This document shows positions 49,196 to 62,510 of a DNA stretch of 64,000 bases, piece after piece. The stretch covers positions 12,886,213 to 12,950,212 of the forward strand of contig OZ234493.1 of the NCBI GenBank assembly GCA_965153455.1, in the 5' to 3' direction. A program made the translations under genes and the position numbers. Below the pieces are notes generated by a model, which had not been told where the DNA came from, ran no database searches, and saw only the letters and a list, made by a program, of their open reading frames with translations. Numbering within the stretch: position 1 is the stretch's first letter; each line of letters opens with the position of its first letter. The DNA comes from Sphagnum compactum. Its lineage: Eukaryota.

Positions 49196-50099
49196 ACTTT
49201 GTGATTGATCTAATGAGAACTTGATTGAGTGGTGCTTTTGTCTTTTCATCTCAGTTGCTGTCTGTGCAGTGCATGCACGCATGCATGCGTCTGTGTGTTT
49301 TGCTGTGTCTGCAAAGACATTTGTCGGCTAAATAATTTCATCATCATCATCATCATCTTTAATTCCATGGATTCTAGAAAAGTTCAGTGTACCCAGCCAC
49401 CAAGAAACGGTGTCCTATACCACTTCAGCATAATCATCGTCAGCAACATAATCAGCAAGCATCATCAGCATGATTTCTTAACCAACTTACGCAAGGAGGA
49501 TGATTCTATGAGGAAATTTCTCACAACAGACAAAAACCAATCGAAGGTTTGGAAATCAAAACCAGCTGAGGTGAGAGAGGTGGCTGAGTAGGGGTGGCTG
49601 AGTGAGTGGGTTGAGGGAGACAAAAGAAGAGCGGCAAAGCAAAACACTCCCATTCTTAAAGAGGGTTGGAAGGTTGGAATGGAGCCTAGCCCGGAGTCAA
49701 AGCCAAAGTGAAAAAAGCAAAAAAAGCTATTGTCAGTACAACAACAACCGGGAGAAAGGTACTGTAGTTGCCTAGCAAGGTAGGCTGAAATAATGCTTTG
49801 AAAATTGCCTGATTTTTTTGCCAAAAGTTTCAGAGAGAAACCCTAATAAACTAACAAGTATTTTCAAAGCAGGAACAAACAACCCATGACATGTTCAATA
49901 CTGTAGTCCCTTGTCACAAGTTCAACAATTCATCATCGTCATCATCGAATAGTTATTTTACTTTGAAGATTCCATGTTGAAAAATAGAACATTCTAAAAA
50001 GTTTTCTTTAGTTTCCTTCACAATTTTATTTGTTTTTTAAAAAAAAAAAGATAATAATAAAAAATGAAAATTTCAACATTTATCTGAAAATAATATAAA

Positions 50100-50253
50100 C
50101 ACTACAACAAAAGGTGTCCCTATATGCCAAGTGATTTCACTGGATTTTGAGTGAATTCACTGGTTGTAGTGAACGAGGACTAGTGAAGAAGCAATGAATT
50201 CACTAGTCTAGTGAACGGGGATTAGTGAACTGCACCCACATTTTGTAGTAGTG
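50100..50253. mobile_element. 154-bp non-autonomous CACTA (En/Spm) element
   Basis: TIRs CACTACAACAAAAGGTG and CACATTTTGTAGTAGTG (15/17 match), 3-bp TSD AAA on both sides, interior full of AGTGAA/TTCACT subterminal motifs. Confidence 0.85.
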
Positions 50254-51191
50254 AAATTAGTGCCAAAACTTGCCAAGGTACTACTACTAGGACACTAGTA
50301 GTGCAGATTGACACCATGTCCTGAAGCAATTATAATTTTCTCTGCAAGAAATAATGCGATAATTTGACACAACTCTTTCAAACTTAAACAAAGGGATGTG
50401 GATGTGTCACAGTGTGGCCATGCCATTTACATGAAAACGTGTCTTAAGGCAAAAAAAGAATTATGAAAACTAAAATATTTCACCATGCAGAAATCCAACT
50501 AATCTTCACAAAAAAAAAAATCCTTCTAAAAGAAACCAAAAATCCTTCAAGCTATTATAACTCTATAAGAACTAATCTCAAGTTTCAACACAAGCCAAAA
50601 CGTCATCTTTCCAAAATCCTCATATAAAAATACTAGACCTATTTTTTTTTATTACCTAGGGGCCTATAAAAATCCCTTAAGCTACTATACTCTATAAGGA
50701 ATCTAAACACAACAATATCCTTGCCTCGGTAGGTAGGCAAGGCCAACAAAATAAGAGAGAAAGCAAAATGCAAAACTTGACTAACACCAGCACTTGAAAG
50801 CTGTTCCTTGGAAACTTAAGAAAGGAAACTTAAGTAGCCTATAATGTGCACTCTAAAACTCCTAGTCCCATGTGTTGATTAGCCTAATTCAGGAAATTAA
50901 TTTTAAAAATTAAAGCTTTGAATGCCCTAATTTCACTGGAAATTGCAAATCCATTTTGCCTAATAGACTTTTCCATTATTTTTTATTCAATATTTATTAA
51001 GCAAGAAAGTGCCTCCCTGACATGGTAGGCAGTTACAGTATGTGAGTATGTAGAAAGGGATAGAGGTACATGGCGGCAGCATACTTGTGTGTAAAAGATT
51101 ATTGGAGCTTGAGGAGCAAAAGAAAATAAAGTGCACCCAAAACCCCCACACTTCACTTTTGCTTGGTAGGCTAAGAAGAACAAAATGTACT

Positions 51192-51194
<3 letters not shown>

Positions 51195-51230
<36 letters not shown>
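51195..51230. repeat. (GA)n microsatellite
   Basis: Uninterrupted GA run. Confidence 0.95.
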
Positions 51231-51234
<4 letters not shown>

Positions 51235-52261
51235 CAGGTGCCCCTTTGTCTGTGATTGGTCCCCTCACTTAGAAGCCTCAAAGGATCCATCTCCCCAACA
51301 CAGGAGTGGCAGCGACAAAGTCCTTCTGCTGGCTGGCTGGCTGGCTAATACATGGAGGGTGCAACCAGCCTTGAGTGAAGAAGGTGGGCCATGATGGCAA
51401 ACCAACACCCACACTGGGACCTTCAGCTTCTTCAGTTGAGGTGCTCTTATTGGTTATATTGAACCCTCACAGATATGAGAAATTTGAACACAGAGGTGAC
51501 CATGACTTGGTCTAAGGGGCAGAACATTTTTAATGTTTAAGAAGAAAACACAAAACATTTCAGGGTTTTATTATCTTGGTCTGAACAGCACGTGCTTATT
51601 GGTACCTAAGTTTGAAACAAAGTGATGAAGTTGGTAAAGCTTGTGATGGGTCATGATACAACTTTCTTTGTTCATAAACTATCTTCAAACGTAGTCAATT
51701 TTGTGTTAACAATGTTTCATCTATTGATCTTATCTTTGCCTTGAGTCTGGTCAAGAAAAAAGGTTTCGTCGTTTATCATCTCTTACTTGGGACCCAGTTT
51801 TGTATGCAGGACATTATACTCCCCCACCATGCCCCCTCCCAATAGCAGTTTGTGGATGGTGGTAGTCAAAAGGGTCACTTTGCGCAAAGTGATTCTGCGC
51901 GTGTTGTGTTCTCTTCATGACTAACACATGTCATGTTTGATTTGCAGAACCAAAAAGAAATTTTAATTTTTGTTTGGGATTCTAGAGTTGTACCAGGCAT
52001 CAAATCTCAGCCCATCTCCAAAAAGCCCACTACAGCAAGGTCTTATTATGTATCCTTGAGGTAGAATTTCCACCGACATTTGTCCAACCCTGCAATAGAA
52101 ACCATGAGATTGCCACCCTGAGAGTGTTGCTTTGATCCTTGTGAAGGTCGATGTGGGAGATGTTTAGTTTAGCACCTTGCACTTTCTATGAGTAAGGTTT
52201 TCAATCAAAAAAATTTGCAAGATATGGCAAGCTATTTTTGTCCAAAGGTTGAAATTATCTG

Positions 52262-52610
52262 ATCTAATTAATAAAGTTATCCAAAAAGCCACCCTCTCTT
52301 TCACCCCCTATCCCCTCTCTTTCAATGGTATCCGCAAGGTGAGGAAATTTTATTAAATCTCAGTATGTAACTCAGCATTTGATGCACAAGGTTCAAGAAT
52401 AATTATAGTAATTGTAGAGGTACGAGCAGTTAAAATATATATGTAACAGCAGTGGAGGCGCTGGGGAAAAGTAAAGAGGGATGAAACTCAGTTTACCACC
52501 AAAACTGGTGGAAAAGCTAGTTTGGGTCCCAGTTACTTTGTTTTACAAAATTTTCATTCCAAGTTAAGCATTTGATGCCCTATTATGCTGAAACTGGCCG
52601 TTCTCAGCCC
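52262..52610 (+). repeat. Dispersed repeat copy A (inverted relative to 59935-60305)
   Basis: TTTCACCCCCTATCCCCTC..TGGTATCCGCAA..AACTCAGCATTT..GCAGTGGAGGCGCT..GGATGAAACTCAGTTTACCACCAAAA matches the reverse complement of 60030-60250. Confidence 0.8.
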
Positions 52611-52830
52611 CTAATCACCTGACTTTACAAGTAACTGTAATACACAATGATAATGATTTTCACTAAAACCCTGCAAATTTTCATTTATAAACACCACTGA
52701 TTTGGAAAATGTTCAAAGGTATTAGATAAAAAGGGAAAATTTAAAGAACAGCAAGTTAGCACAAACTAGATGCTTCATTTGTTTGGCACGATTTCATCAT
52801 TTTGAGTGGAAAGCTAAGTTACATGTTGAA

Positions 52831-53663
52831 ACACCCACATCCATAAGCATTTCGCTTTATGAGATGCTCATTTGCGAAAAAAAAATTGTCCATTAAAGGT
52901 GCCTCCAACTTTCACCAGCGAAAATTGTGGAGGTTTCTTCTACATGTGGGTACGGAGTTGGGGAGGCATATGAAGGAAGGTAGTTTGTTTGTTTTGTTTG
53001 TATTTCATGAGATCCACCGAACCAGGATGCTTCAGATCATGTTCTTGGTCAATTTGGAAAGCTCTCGAGGAGAAGGGTGCTTCAGATCATGTTCTTGGTC
53101 AATTTGGAAAGCTCTCGAGGAGAAGGGTGCTTCAGATCATGTTCTTGGTCAATTTGGAAAGCTCTCGAGGAGAAGGGGTGCATGGGCATTGGTTCCATGA
53201 CCGTTTGGACTTGCTGTGCAAAAGTTCTTGAATATTGAATGATTTTTTTCACTGAAAATTAAGTTAAATCGTAGCTGAAAATTTCAGAGGAATTAGAATG
53301 CACCTTTGGTGTTGTTGGAAAGATGTTGATGAGCAGAAGGATTTAATGGAATTTATTTGGTAAGATTTGGATTCAGAGTGTGTGAGATATTGATTTTAAA
53401 GTGATTTCTTCCGCTGAAATTTCAAATAAATTCCCAACTGAAATTTCTTTATAAAATTCCTTCCTATATGAAAAATTATTTTATAAAGAGAATAAAATTA
53501 TAAAGAAAATTTCAGTTATTATACACTTTAATTATAATAAATTTTTATATTATAATTATAAAAATTATATTATAATAAATTTTCTTTATATTATAAGATT
53601 TTATTTGAAAAAATTCAGTTGAGGATGTGGTAACACTTGGGCCAACGGCACAGCCCACACTAC
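52831..53663 (+). mobile_element. Possible non-autonomous Helitron-like repeat
   Basis: Ends in a GC-rich GGGCCAACGGCACAGCCC followed by ACACTAC|T (degenerate CTAG|T). Contains a 50-bp triple repeat and an AT-rich foldback. The 5' TC end was not identified. Confidence 0.35.
53028..53177. repeat. 50-bp perfect tandem repeat x3
   Basis: TGCTTCAGATCATGTTCTTGGTCAATTTGGAAAGCTCTCGAGGAGAAGGG at 53028, 53078 and 53128. Confidence 0.95.
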
Positions 53664-54169
53664 TCAATAACTCTTTAGCCGGTTATACGAAAGGCTCAAC
53701 CCGAGTCGTTGATATCCGGCGGCAGTCATGTCATACCCGGTCAAGCTTTTGCCACTTGTTTTTTTCATCTCCCAGGTCAATTTTGGTATTCAGCAGTCCG
53801 TCCCGGGCGGGGGGGGGGGGGGGGGGGGGGCGCAGGGTTTCTTGACACCTTTTTTTTTCTTCTTCTTTTCTCCGGAAAGCCGGCAATTGTATGTTTGCCG
53901 GTTCTTCTTGTCCTTTTTGAAAAAGCCGAAAATTGTAGCGAAAATAAGTAAATATAACAAGGATCATGATCATGAAACTTTTTTTTCTTCAAATGAGCCA
54001 ATTTGATTGGCACATAGCCAAAAAATAATAATTTTGAAACTATGGAGGCTCCCCAAAATAGAAGATTCTATAAAAAAACGGAGTGCCTTCCCCTTTGGCC
54101 CACCTATATAGGTATGAAGGGGAGGACTTTGGGCAAAACATCTGGGATGAAAGCAAGGTGCTGTGGAGA

Positions 54170-54250
54170 ACACATTGGGAATCTAGGGAACATATTGGGA
54201 ACCTGATGGGAACCTATTTGGAACTTGAAAGGAACATGTTGGGAACAAAG
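54170..54250. repeat. GGGAAC short-period degenerate repeat
   Basis: About 7 GGAAC/GGGAA motifs spaced ~10-12 bp apart. Confidence 0.6.
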
Positions 54251-54704
54251 GAAAAATGAAAAATTCCTCTTCCCCACTCCCCCCCAAACCCAAAACTTTA
54301 AAAAAATAATTTGGGGGGTACTTATTTATTGATTTATTTATTTATTTAGGTACATACAGAGAGAGTGTTGAATAGGCTTATGTGTAAGTGTGAAGAAAAA
54401 AATCATTACAGCCAATGAAATTGCTGCATTCTGGTGGTTTTTATTCTTTTATTTATTATTTTCTGGCTCTTGAGTGAACTAAAAATAAAATGCGTAATAG
54501 GGTTTGGTAGGTTTGTGAGAATTTTAGAAGACCAATGGAAATGATAAAATTCGACCAATATTTTCAATGTTTATCAGAATAGGGTTGTGTGTAGGTCTAA
54601 AGATTTTTTAAAATTTTTTTTCAAGCCAATGAGATTGTTGGATTTGATGTTCTGAATTTGTTTTCTTAATTATCTTGAGTGAATTAACAATTCAATGTGT
54701 AATT

Positions 54705-54913
54705 AATAATACCATACTACTACTACCTTGGTAACTCTTTGACACTAATTATATTATTTTCAGAAATGTTGAAATTTTCCCCCCAAAAAAATAAAAATAA
54801 CAAAATTTTGCACAGGAAAAGAATTGAATCTTCAAGAATATTTTATTTGTCAAAATGAAGTTTTCATAATAAATTAATTATTTGACAAAAATATGTGAAA
54901 GTTGCAAAAGGTA
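54705..54913 (+). repeat. Direct repeat copy (second copy at 62636-62843)
   Basis: CACTAATTATATT.TTTTCAGAAATGTTGAAA and TTGAATCTTCAAGAATATTTTATTTGT are shared in the same order. Confidence 0.8.
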
Positions 54914-56039
54914 TTACAATACATCTTTTTTAACACGCATTGCCTAAAGATTTTTAATTTTTAATTTGAATTTTTTTTTTTTCAAATTTCAAATGTTGCA
55001 TCCTAGCATCCCTAGAAGGATTTAACATTAAATGGCAACAAAGTTTTATAACCTGTCAGAAAATTGGTAGCAAACTCAGAGCAAAGTCCAAATCATGTGA
55101 TGAAATTGTTTCCAAAATAAAAATAAAAATCCCCCAATTTTGGCAAAACAATCAGAAAAAAGATAAAATTGTGATAGTATATTATTTCTAAGTATTATTT
55201 TCTAATTTTGGGGAAATTTTGCACCAAAAAATAAAAAAGGCTGACACCCATTGCAAAATAGCAAGAGATGGGAAATGGGGAGAGAAAATGGCACAAGTTA
55301 AAGTTTCGGAGCTTCCAAGTGGCTCAGTTCCAACCAAGGAAAAATAACATACAAAAATGACTTAAAATGTTGAGCAATAGTGTAGAGCATGACAAATCTT
55401 GCTTCCAATTTAGATAAAATACCATTAATTAATTAATTAGTTGGAAGCAATTAATTAATTTTTCTTCCAATTTAATTAAAATATAATTAATTAATTAATT
55501 AATTGTTCTTTCCAGTTCCCTAGCTAACCATGGTGGTTAGCTCATTTCCATTTTTTACTACCTACCTACATACTAACAACCCATTTGCAGATTGTTATTA
55601 CTAGGTAAGTAATAAAAAATGGCCTTTACCTCTGTAGAAACCATCTTTTATACCTAATATCACCTGTTTTCTCACTAATCTCTCAGTATAGGGGCATTGT
55701 TGAGTGGGTATCACAAACACCTCCGGGCATCACCTGGGCATCCCGGTTTGATCCCCTCAAGATATCACCTTGCGTGATGCCCTGACTGAAAACCGGGCTA
55801 CCGGTTCTCACACAAGTGAGAACCAGATTTGAGAACCGGATTTTCTAAAATAAAAAACAAAACCTATGAACCGGGTAAGGTCTAACCCTTTACTCGGGTT
55901 CAAGTCTCTCGGGGTTTAGTTGCCATGAAAACTTAGGGTTAGGTTGGAGCTGTCACATTGCAATGGCTCCTTCCTGCAAACCCTGAAAATCTACATCAAA
56001 AGGGTGTTGTCTCTTTTCTCCCCTTTTTTTTCATTTAGT

Positions 56040-56560
56040 GTTATTGTTTTTGCTATTATTTTTGTTTTCATTGCCTGTTGTTATCGCGTTTTGCTTGCTC
56101 TTGTGCCTTGTTGTTCTCATGCCTTGTTGTTCTCATGCCTTGTTGTTCCCGCACCTTGCTTATTCTTGTGCCTTGATTGCTTTCGCGCCATGTTGCTATC
56201 GTGCCTTGTTTGTTCTCACACCTTGCTTACTGTTGTGCCTTGATGTTGTCGCACCTTGCTACCCTATTGTTGTTGCCCTACCATCACGCGTTGTTGCCTT
56301 GCCATTATGCGTCGATGCCCTGCCATTACGCCTTGATGCCCTACCATCGCATGTCACTACTCTGCCATTGCACATCACTACCCTACCATCACACCTTGTT
56401 ACTCTGCCTTGTTGGTTACTCGACATTGATGCCTTGCCATCGCACCTTGTTGCCCTACCATCATTCCTTGCTACTCACCTTTTTCAAGTACCTCCTAGCC
56501 CACTCCCCCCATCGTTGCTTCGCTACCTTGCTGTTTGTTGCCTTGTTATTCTGCCTTGTT
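56040..56560. repeat. Low-complexity tandem repeats (CCTTGTTG; ~21-bp unit) inside the hAT element
   Basis: Recurrent GCCTTG/CCATC(A/G)C motifs produce the ALP-rich ORF. Confidence 0.7.
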
Positions 56561-57269
56561 AGTTGGTACTCCCTCCTCACTCTCTTGTGCAGGTGGAACA
56601 TGTGGAACAGCTTGGAGCAACACTAACAAGCTTCATCCAACAATAGAGGTTTTTTTTTCTTGAGTTTTTTTTTCTTTGCTTTGTATTTTGTTTGTTTGTT
56701 TTGTTTTGAATTGAATAATTTTGTTTTAGTGTCGTTTGTGAGTTTTAATATGTTGTTGTTTTGTTTGTTTATGTGTTGGAGTAAAATTCAAACTTTTGAT
56801 TTAAATCTAAAACCTTTAAACCTAAACTTATTTTTTCATGATGAATTTTTCCATGATAAGATGAGAGAAAAAAGTGAGTGATTTCTTGATAATTTTTCTA
56901 AACCTTAAACCACATTGTTTGTAAATGTCTTTTTTAAACCTTTACACCCATTTTCTTGTTTTTTTTTTTTTTTTTGCTTTCTTTATTTTCTTTCTTTTGA
57001 TTAAAAATTTTATTAAAACTTTTGTTGAAAAATAGTTTTTTTTTGCATTATCTTTGGACATAATCTTGTTAAAACTACCAATGGAACAATCTTTTACAAA
57101 TGAGAATGTGATAAGTGGGAATAATGAAACAATTGAAATATGTATGAATGATGTAGTTTTGGAAAATAGGTCTCAGGAAAATCCAAGTGTCCAAACAAAA
57201 ACATGTAGGAATCCATGAAAAAATGGCAATGAAAAAATAATGAAGTAAAACTTGAAAAAATTGCATGCT

Positions 57270-59496
57270 CAAAGAAAAATCTGGAAACCACATGGTAGAA
57301 ATTTTTCATGTTGAAGTTTTTATTATGTAAATGACAATGCAGAAGTTAATTTGGTAAACACACAAATAATGCGTTGTATACTTTCAAGATCCAGTAATTG
57401 GAATAAATCTAAGAACTCAAACAAGGAAAAGGATTGATTTCTTATTACAAACCCAATGGAATAATTTCACTTTAAAAACATGTGGATGAAGATCATTCTT
57501 TTACTACACAAATGTTTGAAAAAGAAGTGAACAATCAACTGAAAAATACTAAAAAATGACAGTCATAAAAGAAAAAAGCAAATCCATTGGAAGGTTAATC
57601 TCTAAATTTTTTTTGTCAAAGATACCTTCAAAAAAGAGGATGTCTCACAGAGAGAATTTTTAGAGGACCTTGGTCTATTAATTGTCAAGATCAATTTACC
57701 TATCTAGTTTATGGAAAGTATGTGGTTCAAACGTTTAATTTTTCGTCTTTGTCCAAAATTAAACTTCCCTTCTAGAAGATAGTTTTCACAAGACATTGCC
57801 AGGCTTAGCGGAAAAGACAAATGAATTATGTGTTCTTCCCATATTAGTAGAATGTCATTCTGCAACAGCTAGCTTTGACCTTTGGATGTTTAGAAAAACT
57901 TATGATGTGTTCACATTGGTGATTAATTTTCTATAATGATTGGCACCCCAAACATGTGATTATTGGCTTATTTGAAGCAACAAAAACAACATGGCAAGCC
58001 TTGGCCAAAAGTTTGATAGAAATTATTGGACAAGTATGGTTTAAGGAAAAAAATTATTACTTATGTCAAAGATGAAGGATTTAATCTCACTGCAATGATT
58101 GGTGCGTTGAAATCTATTGTAAATTGAGAATCTCTTGGGTTAAAAGACAACTTTCAAGGTATTTGTTTTGGACATGCATTTTCAAAAGCATGTCAATATG
58201 GCACTGCAGAAAAAAATTTGTAGAAATTTGAAATATGTTTCTATCAAGTCTGCCCAAATAGATTTGCAAAAATGCATCACTTCGCCTAAGAAGTCTAGGA
58301 AGGGTGGACATGAATGAAATAAAACTTGTGTTGAAACTGGAATTTGACCCAAAAAATTAAACACTCCAATCAAAACAAGGTAGTTTTTTCAAACTCATTA
58401 TCATTTCAACTCTTTAGAGTTTTTATGGTTAAAAATTTGATTGGATAACTAATCAAATTGTTATTGTTTTTTTTGCAAGTATGCTAGTAAAATCATTATG
58501 TTTCAAGAAGCTTTACAATTTTGATCTACCATTATGTTATGTTACATCAAATGGACTATTGTGAGAATCACTAGTTGAGTGCCTCCACCTTAGACATGAC
58601 AATTTTTTGTTGATTGTCTTTCCCCAATTGTTTCTGCCTATGTTCTTAATTAGTCACATGGACATTGGCTTCTTAGCGATGCTTTACACTCTGCCATTTC
58701 CATGAGTTTGAAACTTAGGGGAAAAAATCAAGTTCTACCTTCATTTGAAAGCCTAATGGATGATGATTCAATTATTAATGATGAGATATCTTTACTGGTT
58801 TCTAACATTAAAAGGGAGGTGATCAATGTGTTGGATTTTTTCCTTTCATTCTTAAAGGTTTATGATAAGAGGAAAGCTCATAATATAATTTCTTTGATGC
58901 TAGACCCTAGGTATAATAACCTTCATATGGTATTTTCAGTTGTTGGAAGGGAACAAGGCATTGCTCTTGTTAAAGAATATGATAAGAAATCCTTATATCC
59001 TATGTTGGTCAAATGTCATAAACATTTGCATCATTTGGTGAAATCAAAGACAAATTTTGCTAATCAGAATATTTTTTATCAAGATTGGAGTTTGGATAGA
59101 TTTGAACAAACTACAAGCACAAGTGAACTAATAGAATAACTTGTCAAGAGGGAGCTTCTGATTTTTAGAAGGTATCAATTGGATGTTAAAGACATCAAAT
59201 GTCTTCTTCAATGGTGGCAAAAACACGAGGCAATGTTTCCTAATGTTGGATCACAAATAGAAACATAAAGGATATTTTTTTTAGTTATAATTCTTACCAA
59301 TCTTAGGAGATGTCATTTGCAAACAGAAAATTTTAAGAAGTTGATTTTTGTCAACAAAAATTAGCCTAATGATCCTAGAATAGGATGTAAGTCTCCAGTT
59401 AATTTATTAGAATTCTTTGAAAAGGATATGAACTTAAAAGAGGAGTTAGAAAAGTTTAAAGGGGAATTTGAAAAGGATGAAATTGTTGAAGTGTAA
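57270..59496 (+). pseudogene. hAT transposase pseudogene
   Basis: SFDLWM (~57870), YVKDEG.NL (~58060), CFGHAFSKACQY (CxxH, ~58165), LNTPIKTR followed by an intron, LMLDPRY (~58895) and hATC-like LQWWQKHEAMFPNVG (~59205); many stops. Confidence 0.85.
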
Positions 59497-59934
59497 AAAT
59501 TCAATAAATAAATTGATGGTTATTTAATATGTTTTTTAAACATTGTTTATAATGTTTTCATTGTTGAAAAAAGAAAAGAAATCAATAATTAATTAATGTT
59601 AATTTTTAATTAATTTTTAATTTTAAAAATACCCAGTTTGTGAGAATCAACGAAGGAAAACAAATTGTTCTCAGATTTCTGAGAATCAGCATCGTGAAAA
59701 CCGATTAAATTTTTTAAAAAACAAATGTTGATACCCTTACCCGATGTAAAAAAATTACAATTTTTAAAGAAAAACATATCCGGCGGGTATCATACTTTGT
59801 GAACATCGAACCCAACGGGTATCATAAAATTACGATACCCGCCTAACACCGCATAGGACCTACTTCCTACCTTCTTGGTTACCAAAGTGAAACCAGACAT
59901 TAGAGTTATCCGTAAAGTAAGAGAAACACAGCAC

Positions 59935-60305
59935 CAGAACCCTGAGTTTGGTCATACATAGGGTGAGATTCACAAAAAAACTTGCAAAAAAGTACATCAG
60001 CATTCCACGGGGGATGAAACTCAGAAAACCATCAATTTTGGTGGTAAACTGAGTTTCATCCTGTCCTTCCTTATTCCTGAGCGCCTCCACTGCTACAACA
60101 TATATTTTCACTGCCCCTAACTGTACAACTACTATAATGAGTCTCGAATCTTGTGCATTAAATGCTGAGTTTCAGCATTTCATACTGAGATTCAATAAAA
60201 ATGTCTTTACTTTGCGGATACCACTGAAAGAGGGGATAGGGGGTGAAAGGAGGCCCAAAGACAGGGTGAAGGCAGGGTTACTTTACTGATAACTTGATTA
60301 ACTCA
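59935..60305 (-). repeat. Dispersed repeat copy B (inverted relative to 52262-52610)
   Basis: Reverse-complement match to copy A over more than 200 bp. Confidence 0.8.
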
Positions 60306-60639
60306 GTTAAGCTTCATCAACAACTGAGGTATACATTTTCCTCCTCACCTCAAGATGACTTGAGTTTCTTTCTTTAACTTTATCCTTTGTCTTTGTGTTT
60401 ACCGAGGGTTTACTTATGTTATGAGACACCCAAGGGGGACTTAGGCAATTACAAAAAGCCTACTTAACGACTTAACGAAACATTTCTTAAGGAGGACATT
60501 TAAAAAAGAGATTTCCCCTAAGCGGCTATCAAAAGCTTTCTTTGGATTTGATTTCGTCACTAGGTTTTGGCTTGTTTTGATAGTGACTTTTTTAAAGACT
60601 TTTTATGTTATTTTCATTTAGTAAGGATTATCTATAAAT

Positions 60640-62510
60640 TATTTAAGAGATGCCTAGATTATGGGATACCTAAGAGCTATTTAGAGCTTACCTATGGATT
60701 AATAGGGAGAAATCTAAAAGCTTACCTAAGTTATGGGATATCTAATGACTACTTAAAAGGGTTATTATAGAACCTACTTAAGGGATTACATAAGTGCTAT
60801 CAAAAGCTTACATAACAAATTACATAAGGATTACCTAAGGACCAGCTAAAAAGTTATCTAGGAACTAGCTAGGGAACACGTAAGGACATACTTAAGCTAT
60901 GGGATACCTAAGGATTATTTAACTAAGGTTGGTACTTAAAATGCTACCTAAGCAAACACCTAGGAACCTACCTAGGTTATGGGATACCTTAAGGTTAGGT
61001 AGGAGGCTACCTAGGTTATGAGATATGAGATTTTAAAAGGTTATTAAAAGGTTAAGTAGAACCTACTTGTGGGGCTAGTTACGGATTTTTTAGGTAGGGG
61101 ATATTTAGAGGTTATTTTGGGGGTTACCTAGGGTTTACTCATAAGACAAAAGAGGGCTACATAATTGAGCCTACATAAGGGGCTCTAGGGAGATGCCTAG
61201 AAACCTACCTATGTTATGGGATACCTAAAGGTTAGTTAAGGAGCTAAATAGAACTTACCTATGAAACTAGTTAAGGATTTTTCAGGTTAGTGAATACCTA
61301 AGGAATATTCAAGGGGCTACTTAGGATTGACTTATAATTCTTATGTGACATCTTAAGCAAGCATTAAGTATCCCCTAACTTAAGTAAGTCCCTAGGTAGC
61401 CCCTATTTAACACCCTAAATAGTCCCTATGTAATGTATTATATAAGCTTTTGATAGTTAAGTGCATTCATAGTTCCTACCACCATAAGAGCCATGACACA
61501 ATCTTGTTTTGTGTTCCTATGTTTTGAGATGTTAAATAACGAAGAGTGAATGAAAATATTTAGTCCTTCAACCAATAAATGCAAAAATGGTTAATAAAAA
61601 ATAATTGAATTTTTTTGAATGTTTTGTTAAAATATAAACAATAAAAAAATGCAAGATTTTATTATAACATTTTCAAAATGACAATCTCTCATTTGGAATG
61701 GCAAAAAAATCTTATTAAAAGCATAAAATAATGTATCGATATTTAACTTTCTTTCAAACTCTTGGAATAGAACCTAATTATTTAAAATAATAATATGCAT
61801 GTTTTTAATGACACAGCCTTTTTATGAAAAAAATCAAAATTTTAATATTAATTCCACAAAATCTAATGTGTTATAAGACAAAAAAAAAATTATGACATCA
61901 TGTAAAACATATTTTATATTATTTTATTTTAGGTTTAAATATGAAACAATTTGAATAAATATTGTTATTATTGTTGATTTCTTTTTTATAAAACTATTTA
62001 GCTAGACATGGTTCCTAAACCATCTTTAAAAACATTTAAAAGACATCTTTAAATCATCAAAATTATGATTTTTTTACTATATTGATTCAAATGTACATTC
62101 CTATCTAATGAAACAACAAAAATTATATAACTTGTAAGTTATATTAATCACAAAAATAAATCAAAATTAAGATTCAATATGATTTTGAGGATGGACAATC
62201 CTTTTGTGTACTCTAATTGTGAATGCATCTAGCCTTTATCTTAAATAGCACATTAATCTAGGTAGGCCATATGTAATAATCCCCTAGGTTATTTAGATAG
62301 CTTTTGAAACAACCCTTAAATATCCCTTAACCTAGGAATTCTTTGTACAATCTTGGGGTAGATCTTATGCAATTTCCTACGTACGGAACCCCTATGTATC
62401 CCCTAACCTAGGTAAGCCCTTCGGTAACCCCTAGCTAGTTTTGAGCATGTTTGTGATGCCTTGTTTACATAGGGTCCTAATCTTTGTAGCAAATAACCTA
62501 ACTAGTTTAT
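60640..62510. repeat. Degenerate TAGGTTATGGGATACCTAAG motif arrays in both orientations around an AT-rich core
   Basis: TATGGGATA(C/T) at ~60660, 60732, 60898, 60978 and 61215; reverse-orientation TATCCC(C/T)TAAC at ~61369, 62321 and 62397. Confidence 0.55.

Larger units (their letters stand above)
55695..59851 (+). mobile_element. Decayed hAT DNA transposon
   Basis: Imperfect TIRs CATTGTTGAGTGGGTATC and GATACCCGCCTAACACCG (13/18 match); degenerate 8-bp TSD tatagggg/cataggac; AACCGG/GAGAA(C/T)C subterminal motifs; transposase remnant inside. Confidence 0.75.

Noticed and set aside
53028-53177. Regular repeats resembling a CRISPR array
   Set aside because: Head-to-tail tandem copies with no unique spacers, in a eukaryotic context with no cas genes.
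56038-56626. 174-aa and 149-aa hydrophobic ORFs
   Set aside because: Translation of low-complexity tandem repeats inside the hAT element.
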